Shown here: piece by piece, positions 1 through 8,582 of the stretch
How the letters are laid out: the number at the start of each line of letters is the position of its first letter
Position numbering within the stretch: the stretch's first letter is position 1
The notes under the pieces: generated by a model
What the model saw: only the letters and a program-made list of their open reading frames with translations
What the model was told of the DNA's origin: nothing
The model's database searches: none
Program-made: the position numbers and the translations under genes
Assembly (NCBI GenBank): GCA_963809485.1
Contig: CAWEJX010000020.1
Location: 608,001 to 672,000 of the forward strand
Length of the DNA: 64,000 nt
Source: an uncultured Acidobacteriota bacterium
GTDB lineage: Bacteria; Acidobacteriota; UBA6911
Direction of reading: 5' to 3'

Positions 1-358
1 TGAAATCTTCGGACAGGATTGTGGCATTCGTCGAAATACCGGTGGGGATGCCCGATCGGGCGCAAAGCGCGATCATGTCGAAAATTTCAGGGTTCAGAAG
101 CGGTTCGCCCACGCCGTAGGGGACCGCGAACTCCAAAAACTCTTTGCTTTCCCCGATGATCTTCCGGAAAAGGGAAAAATCCATATTGCGTGGAGGAAAG
201 TAGACGCGTTCGCGCAGACACATCGGGCAGAACAGATTGCACTTCGCCGTGCTCTCGATGGTCAGGGTCAGTGGGCCGCCCGGCACGTGAGATTTTTGGG
301 CGAGATAGCTTCTCAACAGGGTCAGCCGGTTACGTCTTTTTTCACGCTGGTTCTTCAA
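1..358 (-). CDS. Radical SAM protein (likely SPASM/twitch type), N-terminal part; runs off the left edge of the window
   Basis: Hand translation of the minus strand (not in the ORF track): ...LTIESTAKCNLFCPMCLRERVYFPPRNMDFSLFRKII...YGVGEPLLNPEIFDMI...ISTNATIL. It has CxxxCxxC plus GEPL and STN motifs. TTG start at 358 with GAGG upstream. Confidence 0.85.
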   Translation of the reverse strand, partial: MKNQREKRRNRLTLLRSYLAQKSHVPGGPLTLTIESTAKCNLFCPMCLRERVYFPPRNMDFSLFRKIIGESKEFLEFAVPYGVGEPLLNPEIFDMIALCARSGIPTGISTNATILSEDF

Positions 359-733
359 GCTTTAGACCTCAGAGGCGCATCCGATACTTTTAAAGTCGAT
401 GTTTGTCAGCGCTTTTTTCGGCGTCTGCCTGCGTTGATTGATTCCGAAACGGTCCATTGCCGAATATTCCCAGGCAAAGCTGGGAGATCGCCTATGCCTT
501 TCACTCCCATGCGCCATTTGCCAGACGCCGACCTCCTGCCGCAACCTGGAATTGTACCACCTCTGACGACGGTTCATGAGGCTTAGGCCGCTTTCCCTGC
601 GGGTTTTTACGGGAGGCGGAGTTTCCCGGCATCAAGTGTGTGCGGAACAATCGATTTGCCTGTTAGCAGTTTGATTCGAAATCCACTAAGATATCGACGG
701 GCCATTGAGGCAGGACGCAAAGGAGTATCCGCG

Positions 734-2260
734 GTGGGACGCAAAGTCATTTTGGTTTATCCCAATGCCGGGCAGGACGTAATGGGAATCAACGTCGGCC
801 TGCCGCTGTCAGTGATCTGCCTGGGTACCGCCCTGAGGCACTCCGGATATGAAGTCGCCATCCTCGATGAACGTGTCCTCAAAGAATTCGATCCGGCTCT
901 CAAAGAGGCCATGGATTCGACGCCTCTGTTCGTTGGAATTTCCTCCATGACCGGGTACCAGATACACCATGGTATCCGTATCGCCCGGAAGGTCCGCGAC
1001 CTGAATCCTCGCATCCCGATCGTGTGGGGCGGCGTCCATCCGACCATCCACCCCGATTCCACCATCAGGCACGCCCTGGTGGATGCGGTGGTTATCGGCG
1101 AAGGCGAAGAGACGGCCGTCGAGCTTGCGCGTTCGCTGGAGAGCGGCGGCAATCTGCGGGATGTGCGCGGCATCGTTTTCAAGGATGCCGGGAAGATTAT
1201 CCATACCCCCGTAAGACAGCCCCTGGAACTGGACACACTGCCCGAACCGGACTACGCGCTGGTCGATGCGAGCAATTACTATACCGTCGGCCACATCTCG
1301 CGGACCCGTCAGCTGCAGATTGTCACCAGCCGCGGCTGCCCGTTCCATTGCGGTTACTGCTACCTGCTGCTGCCCGAATTGCGCGGCTACCGGACCCTCT
1401 CGGCGCGGCGAGTTTATGACAGAATCCGCTATCTCAGGGAGAAATACGGCGTTCGATCAATTTTTTTCTATGACGACTACTTTTTCGGAAACCGCGCGCG
1501 CGTTCTGGAGCTTGTCGAGCTGATTGAAAAAGATCCCCTGGGCGTTCAGTTCGAGGTGAGCTGCCGCATCGATTTTCTTATCCGCGAAAGCGACGAATTC
1601 CTGGCGCGGCTGCGGGACGCGGGCTTCACGGAGCTCCTGATCGGCGTGGAATCAGGATCAGACCGCATCCTGAAGATGATCCGCAAGGGCTTTACAAAGG
1701 CTCAAATTCTTGAAGCCAACCGAAAACTGGCGAAGGCCGGAATCAGCTCAAAACTAAGCTGGATGGCGGGATTCCCTGCCGAAACCGAAGAAGACTTTTA
1801 TGAAACAGTAGACCTGATGCTGCAGCTTGCGCGCGAAAATCCTCTTTGCAGCCTCACGCCTCTCGGCATTTACACCCCGTACCCGGGCACCGAATTATAT
1901 GAAAGGTGCAAAAACACCTTCGGGACGGTTTTCCCGGACAGTCTTGACGGCTGGGCCGATTATCAGTGGCAAAAGAATAACAATTCCTTTCTCAGCCGGT
2001 GTGATTCCAGGTTATTGACCCGGCTGAATATTGCCTCGCGGTTCTTTGATCCGAAGCTTTTCCAGCGATTCGGCCAGAAGCGATTCAAATACCTGATTAT
2101 GGCCCTGTACTACACCTACGGATCGCTGATCCGTCTGCGCGTAAAACTGCGCAATTTCCGGCTGATGCCCGAGATTGAGGTTCTGAACTGGCTGCAAAAC
2201 TATTACATCAACTCCACTCATAAAAAGTACCAGAAGATGCAGAAGAATGCCGCAGGTTAA
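734..2260 (+). CDS. B12-binding-domain radical SAM protein (class B methyltransferase-like)
   Basis: N-terminal cobalamin-binding domain (GISSMT, VWGGVHPT, IGEGE) followed by TSRGCPFHCGYC and GVESGS. GTG at 734 follows AGGAG at 721-725; the ORF track starts at 638. Confidence 0.9.
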   Translation: MGRKVILVYPNAGQDVMGINVGLPLSVICLGTALRHSGYEVAILDERVLKEFDPALKEAMDSTPLFVGISSMTGYQIHHGIRIARKVRDLNPRIPIVWGGVHPTIHPDSTIRHALVDAVVIGEGEETAVELARSLESGGNLRDVRGIVFKDAGKIIHTPVRQPLELDTLPEPDYALVDASNYYTVGHISRTRQLQIVTSRGCPFHCGYCYLLLPELRGYRTLSARRVYDRIRYLREKYGVRSIFFYDDYFFGNRARVLELVELIEKDPLGVQFEVSCRIDFLIRESDEFLARLRDAGFTELLIGVESGSDRILKMIRKGFTKAQILEANRKLAKAGISSKLSWMAGFPAETEEDFYETVDLMLQLARENPLCSLTPLGIYTPYPGTELYERCKNTFGTVFPDSLDGWADYQWQKNNNSFLSRCDSRLLTRLNIASRFFDPKLFQRFGQKRFKYLIMALYYTYGSLIRLRVKLRNFRLMPEIEVLNWLQNYYINSTHKKYQKMQKNAAG

Positions 2261-2415
2261 GGGTCCCGGTCCCAGACCTGCAACCTGCGGCTTGCGAGCC
2301 GCGTCGACGCAGGTTGCGAGCGGGACATGCGGATGGCCCGGCTCAAATGCTCGCGGAAACTCCCCGGTTTTTGTATAATCACCTTTCTGTTTCAGTTTCC
2401 ATGCAAGGGAGACCC

Positions 2416-4827
2416 ATGCCCCCTTCGAAGACGAAGTCCCCCAATCCGAAGCCGAGCCGGAAATCCGGCCAGAAAAAAGCATGGAAGCTGGCCCTGCTGC
2501 TGCTTCTCATCCCTTTAATTGCCGCCGCCGCATTCCTGATACGTTATTACTACGTTTTCAATGCAATCATTGAAACGAAGATGCAGGAGTCCAGTTACCT
2601 GGCTGAGACCAGGATTTATGCCGCCCCGCTGGTCCTTTATCCCGGGAAGGCCATGAATTGCTCCGACCTGGAAAACAAAGTCCGGAGGCTGGGCTACGAG
2701 CAGAACCGTAACAATGCAGGAATGCCCTATTACGAGCGTTCCAGCCGTGACCGCCTGCTGATTCACAATGATGCATCGGTACCGGATGCTCCCAACAGTA
2801 AGGCGGAAATCCTGTGCACGGATAGGGCCCTCCGTTCCATCAGGGACCTGGCGACGGGGAGGGAGCTGGGAGAATTTCCGCTGAGACCGGAGCTGCTCAG
2901 CAATGCCATTGACAAAAACAGGGAAAAGCGCCGCTATGTCTCCTACCAGGAAATTCCCAAGGTTCTGGTCAACGCCGTACTCGCGGCCGAGGACAGGCGG
3001 TTTTTCAGCCACAGCGGAATCGACCCCATACGCATTTTCAAAGCGCTGCTCATAGGGGTTCGGGAGGGTGAAGCCACCCAGGGCGCCAGCACCCTGACCC
3101 AGCAGTTTGTAAAAAATTATTTCCTGACCCCGGAACGCACCTGGAAGCGAAAGCTGACGGATGCTTACATGGCGATCCTGCTTGAACAGCGTCTCTCCAA
3201 GACAAAGATTTTCGAGCTCTACAGCAACGAGGTGTACCTGGGACAGATGGGCTCGTTCAGCATCATGGGATTCGGCAAGGCGGCCGACGCTTTTTTCAAC
3301 AAAAGCATCCGGGACCTGACGCTGGCCGAGGCGGCTACTCTTGCCGGCATGATCACGGCGCCCAACCGCAACACACCCCTGCGCTACAAAGAGCGGGCTA
3401 CGATGCGGCGCAACATGGTTCTGGACAGCATGGCCGAGCTTCGGATGATTTCTCCGGCAGAACGCGATGAGGCCAAATCCCAGCCCGTGACCGTCGAAAA
3501 GACCTCAATCCTGAATTACTCGGACGCTCCCTATTTTGTGGACTACGTCCAGGACCTGCTCGTAAAAACCTACGGAGACACCGCGCTGGCCCGCTCCAAA
3601 TACCGGGTTTACACGACGCTCGATATGGATCTGCAGCAGGCGGGATTCGAGTCCATGCAGGCCGGGCTGGCCGAACTGGACGCCCATTTTGCCAAAAGCA
3701 AACAGCCGGCTGAGCCGGGATCCGTGCAAGCGAGCCTGATCGCGGTGGACCCCAAAAACGGGCGCATCCTGGCCATGATCGGCGGGAGGAACTACGGCGT
3801 CAGCCAGTTCAACCGCATTACACAGTCCAAGCGGCAGCCGGGAAGCATATTCAAGCCTTTCGTGTACGCCGCCGCTCTGGAAACCGCCTACAGCAGTTCC
3901 ACCCCGCTGACGGCAGCTTCGCTGGTGCTCGATCAGCCCACGCAATTCACCTTTGAAGACCTCGAATATGCGCCCAAGAATTACAAAGAGGAGTACGCGG
4001 GGCAAGTCACCCTGCGTCAGGCGATCACCCGGTCGCTGAATATCGCCACCATCAAGCTGGCTGAAAAGATCGGCTACGGCAAAGTCGCCGAAATGGCCCG
4101 AAGGCTCGGCCTGAATGAACAAATCAAACCCTATCCTGCCATGGCCATCGGCAGCTTTGAAATAACGCCTCTTGAAATGGTGCGGGCTTACACTGCTTTT
4201 GCCAATGGAGGATTGATCAACGAATTGACCCCGATCCTCAAAATCCACGACGGCACCGGCAACACGGTATATCTCGCACAACCCAAAACCGAACAGGTAT
4301 TGACGCCGCAAATCGCCTTCCTGGTCACTTCCCTGCTCGAATCCGTGGTGAATTACGGCACCGGTGCGGGGGTCCGTTCGCGCGGATTCACGCTTCCCGC
4401 CGCAGGAAAAACCGGGACCTCCCATGATGGCTGGTTTGCCGGCTATACGCCGGACCTGCTCTGTATCGTCTGGGTGGGGTTTGACGACAACCGCGAATTG
4501 AACCGCTCAGGGTCCCAGTCGGCGCTGCCGATCTGGACGGCATTCATGAAAAAGGCTATCCCGCTAAAGCCTTTAAAAGGAGAGGCTTTCGTGGTGCCCG
4601 AGGATGTCCTCCAGGTAGAAATCGATCCCGCCACAGGCTTGCTGGCCGCAGAACGCAGCCTTCAGCGGGAGGAAGAGTACTTCATAAAAGGGACAGAACC
4701 TGCAATATATTCCTACGGAAACAACTACGCTCCGGGACTCGGAGGCAGCGCCCCGACAAGCATCTATGCAACCCCTTCTAAAGAAACGGCATCAGGGGCC
4801 GATAACAAAAAAGAGCCTCGTGACTGA
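2416..4827 (+). CDS. mrcB: Class A penicillin-binding protein, PBP1B-like (transglycosylase + transpeptidase)
   Basis: N-terminal TM helix and a UB2H-like insert. Transglycosylase motifs EDRRFFSHSG, GASTLTQQ and RKLTD. Transpeptidase motifs GSIFK (SxxK), SLN and KTGT. ATG at 2416 follows GGGAG. Confidence 0.88.
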   Translation: MPPSKTKSPNPKPSRKSGQKKAWKLALLLLLIPLIAAAAFLIRYYYVFNAIIETKMQESSYLAETRIYAAPLVLYPGKAMNCSDLENKVRRLGYEQNRNNAGMPYYERSSRDRLLIHNDASVPDAPNSKAEILCTDRALRSIRDLATGRELGEFPLRPELLSNAIDKNREKRRYVSYQEIPKVLVNAVLAAEDRRFFSHSGIDPIRIFKALLIGVREGEATQGASTLTQQFVKNYFLTPERTWKRKLTDAYMAILLEQRLSKTKIFELYSNEVYLGQMGSFSIMGFGKAADAFFNKSIRDLTLAEAATLAGMITAPNRNTPLRYKERATMRRNMVLDSMAELRMISPAERDEAKSQPVTVEKTSILNYSDAPYFVDYVQDLLVKTYGDTALARSKYRVYTTLDMDLQQAGFESMQAGLAELDAHFAKSKQPAEPGSVQASLIAVDPKNGRILAMIGGRNYGVSQFNRITQSKRQPGSIFKPFVYAAALETAYSSSTPLTAASLVLDQPTQFTFEDLEYAPKNYKEEYAGQVTLRQAITRSLNIATIKLAEKIGYGKVAEMARRLGLNEQIKPYPAMAIGSFEITPLEMVRAYTAFANGGLINELTPILKIHDGTGNTVYLAQPKTEQVLTPQIAFLVTSLLESVVNYGTGAGVRSRGFTLPAAGKTGTSHDGWFAGYTPDLLCIVWVGFDDNRELNRSGSQSALPIWTAFMKKAIPLKPLKGEAFVVPEDVLQVEIDPATGLLAAERSLQREEEYFIKGTEPAIYSYGNNYAPGLGGSAPTSIYATPSKETASGADNKKEPRD

Positions 4828-4890
4828 GATTCACCGGTAGCGGGGTGCGTGGGTGTTCTGCGCAACAGAGCAAAGAGAAAAAAAGCTCTT

Positions 4891-6663
4891 ATGAATATCG
4901 GCGACAATTTGATGCTTCAGCCCCAGAGTCCCTTGCAGGATCTGCCTTCCGCAGATCCAAAGGAAGATTCATTCCGGGAAAATCTCCAGCTGCAGATCCA
5001 AGACTGGATCCAGACCGAAATACCCTCCTGGAAGCCGGACCGGAATTCAGGCTTTCAGCGCACCTCGCAGGCATTGACGGCGACAATACCGGGGAGCAGC
5101 AAAATGCCGGCGGGGCTGGTTTTTTTCAAGAATGTTTTCGATTCCTACTGGTCCGAAAAGGATCTTGCCCGGCTGGATGCCGCTGCCTATCCATGGATAC
5201 TGATGATCCTCAATCCCTGTGAACGCTTCAATGAATTCGAGGCCAGGCTCAGGGAGATCGCATCCAGTCTTCAGACTCTGCTGATCTGGCATCCCGACAC
5301 GCCATCCCGAACTGAGCTGGAAACGCTGCGCCGGCTTGTTTTCCCCGATTCCGGGCAGGGTGAAGGAGGACCTCCCGGAAGCAGGAGCCGCGAAACCATC
5401 CACCAGATCCTCACAAACCTCTATATCACTCGCGGCCAATTGACTGGAATCTCGGGAAAACTTTCTATTTCCGCCGAACTGGGAGGCCGAAATGTATGCC
5501 AATTTCTCTCGGCCCAGCTCGAGGCCCTTTCCACTAGGAAAGGCATGCCGGTTGCGGGGAGCGACAGGAATTCACCAAACACGGATGATGAAAACCAGGC
5601 GCTGCAGTGGGCTGCGCTGCTTGTGAACCGGTCCGATATTCACGAAAACGGCGTGCAATACGCGCGGGACCAATTGATCGAGTGGTGGATGAATGCAGTG
5701 GAAGGACTGTCCCGGAAACTGCCGGATTTTCCCGAGGCGTTCAGGACCACCCGTTTTTGGAATGAGATAAAATTCGTCGAGGGTCATGCACAGGCACTGA
5801 AGCCTGTATTTTACAACCTGCGGGGGGGCGCCTCCTCGTTCCAGGAATCGATGGATCTTATTGGCCGCCATTTCGCCTGGGACAGAGGGCGGATGTTGAA
5901 ATGGAGGCAGGCGCTGGACAACCTGGGGGGAGTGGCCCTATGGCTGCCGGCCTTCCTGCATTCTCAGGAATACGTGCGCAATGCATTCCCTTTAGGGCAA
6001 GAGGGCCCCGACAGGCTGCGCGCATGGCTGCTCCAGTCCATGCATGACCCCCTGGGCTTTCTCGAGGCCAAAAACAGGCAGGAGTTTGACGCAAAATTCC
6101 TGGAATTCAAGAGGAGCTACATGGATTGCTATCACTCCCTTCACGAGGATGCTCTGCACGTCATGAGCGGCCTCCGAAGAGAGGAGTCAAAGATAGATCC
6201 GGTATCGCTGCGGAATCTCGATTTGCTTTCCGGGCTGCAGTACACCGACAAGAGCTACCTGAACCGCGTGAAGGTCCTGGCAAAGTGGATTCAGCGGAAT
6301 CAATGCACGCTCCCCTTAAGGGATATCCTGGAACGCTATCCCCGGTGTTTCTGCAATTTCAACCCGTGCGGGAATCAGCAGACGGCAGTTTCAGTTTCCC
6401 AGATTAATGGAATCATCGAGGACGGGATTGAGTATTTCAGGAACATCCTTCGCAGGTGCGGATACCTCATCGTCGAGGATTTGAAGAGCGACCCAGTAGA
6501 TGATGACAGCCTGAGACAAATCAACTCGTTGTTGGGCGACGGCCCTATGCTTGCGCTGAAATCCGAAACCATCAAGAGGCTGAACCGAGTTATTCTGAAA
6601 AATCCCAGCGAATTTCTGACCGAAATGCGAAAGATTCAAAAAATCACCGGCGCCTCCCGGTAA
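4891..6663 (+). CDS. Hypothetical protein resembling the C-terminal half of DUF6079/BrxC-like proteins; no P-loop
   Basis: Long ORF of about 590 aa directly after PBP1B. Segment FKRSYMDCYHSLH...LRNLDLLSGL...QCTLPLRDILERYPRCFCNFNP, recognised from memory of the family. Confidence 0.6.
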   Translation: MNIGDNLMLQPQSPLQDLPSADPKEDSFRENLQLQIQDWIQTEIPSWKPDRNSGFQRTSQALTATIPGSSKMPAGLVFFKNVFDSYWSEKDLARLDAAAYPWILMILNPCERFNEFEARLREIASSLQTLLIWHPDTPSRTELETLRRLVFPDSGQGEGGPPGSRSRETIHQILTNLYITRGQLTGISGKLSISAELGGRNVCQFLSAQLEALSTRKGMPVAGSDRNSPNTDDENQALQWAALLVNRSDIHENGVQYARDQLIEWWMNAVEGLSRKLPDFPEAFRTTRFWNEIKFVEGHAQALKPVFYNLRGGASSFQESMDLIGRHFAWDRGRMLKWRQALDNLGGVALWLPAFLHSQEYVRNAFPLGQEGPDRLRAWLLQSMHDPLGFLEAKNRQEFDAKFLEFKRSYMDCYHSLHEDALHVMSGLRREESKIDPVSLRNLDLLSGLQYTDKSYLNRVKVLAKWIQRNQCTLPLRDILERYPRCFCNFNPCGNQQTAVSVSQINGIIEDGIEYFRNILRRCGYLIVEDLKSDPVDDDSLRQINSLLGDGPMLALKSETIKRLNRVILKNPSEFLTEMRKIQKITGASR

Positions 6664-6915
6664 TTCTCCGCCATTCGCCGGGGTATTCGACCATACCGCC
6701 CGATCCCAAATCCCTGGAACACGAATTTCACGCACTCGCAATCCTGGTGAGAAGGATGTATCTCCCTTCGATTTTTGTGAGAACGGGCCTCCAGAGACCG
6801 TCTCAAAACGATTGCCATGAGATCCTCGTCGGCAGTTTTGAGCAAGTCTCTCCAGACTCGTCCTTACAAAAAATTTCGGGTAAGGGTTTTTGTTATTTAC
6901 CGAAGGATTCAGTAC

Positions 6916-8097
6916 TCAGGCTCCCTGGCTTCCCTGGTAGAAAGCCGCGATGGAGCTTACGACATAGTCTTGCTGTTCTTCGGTGAGTTCGGGATATACC
7001 GGCAAAGCCAGGACTTCCTTCGAAGCGGCATGCGCGCGTGGCAGATCGCCGTAGCTATATCCGAGGTAGCGGAAACACTCCTGTTCGTGCAGCGAAACCG
7101 GGTAATACACATCGGTGCCAATTCCGGCAGCCTTCAAAGCGGCCTGCAATCCGTCGCGCCGTCTGCAACGGATCATGTATTGATGAAATATGTGAGAGCG
7201 ATTGGGCAGCATAACCGGAGGAGTCACAGAAGAGAGCAGGCCGGCGGACTTGATCTTTTCACCGTAGCGCAGCGCGTGTTGCCGGCGGCCATCGGACCAG
7301 GAGCGGAGATAAGGCAGTTTCACCCGCAGAACCGCTGCCTGGAGTTCGTCGAGCCGGCTGTTGAATCCGACCAGGGAATGATAGTACTTGGGCTGCATTC
7401 CATGAGTCCGCAGCAGGCGGACCCGTTCGGCCAGTTGAGGATCGGAGGTGATGACCATGCCGCCATCCCCGGCTCCGCCCAGGTTCTTGGATGGGAAAAA
7501 ACTGAAGCAGCCCAGGTCCCCCATGGATCCGGCGCATTGCTCCCCGTAAGTCGCGCCAATGGCCTGGCAGGCATCCTCAACGACAGGCAGGCTGTAACGC
7601 CGGGCTATTTCCAGAATTTCATCCATGTCCGCACATTGGCCATAAAGATGAACAGGCACCATCGCTTTGATGGCTGCGCCCGAGGCTTTATGAACCAGGC
7701 TGCCGGCTTTTGAGCCGGCCGTGCACTCCCGATCCAGGAATGAAGACAAGCTCAGCGGATCCATATTGAAACCGGCTTCTTCGATGTCCACAAATACGGG
7801 CCGGGCCCCCAGGTTCACGACCACGCCTGCCGTGGCAAAAAAAGTGAAGGGCACGGTTACAACCGCATCCCCGGGTCCCACACCAAGGGCTTTGAGAGAA
7901 AGCAGAAGTGCGTCGGTTCCCGACGCGACGCCTATGGCGAATGGAACTCCGCAATAATCCGCAATCTCCTTTTCGAGTGCGGCGACATGAGTTCCCAACA
8001 CGAAACGCTGGCTCGAAAAAACTTCGTCCACAGCAGCCTGTACTTTACCCTTGATCGTCGCATACTGAGCCTGCAGATCGAGCAACGGCACATTCAT
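6916..8097 (-). CDS. DegT/DnrJ/EryC1/StrS family PLP-dependent sugar aminotransferase
   Basis: SGTDAL, FTFFATA, VHLYGQ, EDACQA, SFFPSKNLG (PLP lysine) and NSRLDELQA. GGAGG RBS upstream. Confidence 0.95.
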   Translation of the reverse strand: MNVPLLDLQAQYATIKGKVQAAVDEVFSSQRFVLGTHVAALEKEIADYCGVPFAIGVASGTDALLLSLKALGVGPGDAVVTVPFTFFATAGVVVNLGARPVFVDIEEAGFNMDPLSLSSFLDRECTAGSKAGSLVHKASGAAIKAMVPVHLYGQCADMDEILEIARRYSLPVVEDACQAIGATYGEQCAGSMGDLGCFSFFPSKNLGGAGDGGMVITSDPQLAERVRLLRTHGMQPKYYHSLVGFNSRLDELQAAVLRVKLPYLRSWSDGRRQHALRYGEKIKSAGLLSSVTPPVMLPNRSHIFHQYMIRCRRRDGLQAALKAAGIGTDVYYPVSLHEQECFRYLGYSYGDLPRAHAASKEVLALPVYPELTEEQQDYVVSSIAAFYQGSQGA

Positions 8098-8312
8098 GCA
8101 TCACCTCCGGCCGCAAGATCATATCACAGGCGGAAATGACTCAGGAGACAATTGGAATTCAGGGCGAAAAACAACAGCCGCGGCAAACAACTGAAAATCT
8201 GCCTGCCATCGGCCATCGTCGAGTGCTTCCGGCGCAAACCTGATTCCCGGTCCGCGGGCTTTTGACTTTTTTCCCTAAGAAAATGCCTCCATCCGGCGTC
8301 TAATAAGTAGTG

Positions 8313-8542
8313 GTCAGGTACCTCCGGCAAAGCCGGAGGCAAGATTTGAACCGCTCAAAGCGGTTGGACTAGTTACGCCGGTCTTGAACGCTGACGTACG
8401 CGGGCAAAAGCCGATGAGGCGCTTCCGACCCTCGCCGAACAAATCGGCGTTTGTCAGCGCTTTTATCAGCGTTTCTCAGCGTTTCAAAATACGGAGCTGT
8501 CAAACTCTTTGAGTCCCCCGGCAGAGCCGGGAGTTTACCAAT
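8313..8542 (-). mobile_element. Non-autonomous IS200/IS605-type element (PATE/MITE-like), copy 1, 230 bp
   Basis: Subterminal hairpins CCTCCGGCAAAGCCGGAGG, AACCGCTCAAAGCGGTT and CCCCGGCAGAGCCGGGAG. Near-identical to 23425-23644, 35326-35606 and 49056-49305. No transposase. Confidence 0.8.
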
Positions 8543-8582
8543 GTAATTATGAGGAACCACCTATTTTCGGAGGCGGCTGGCC

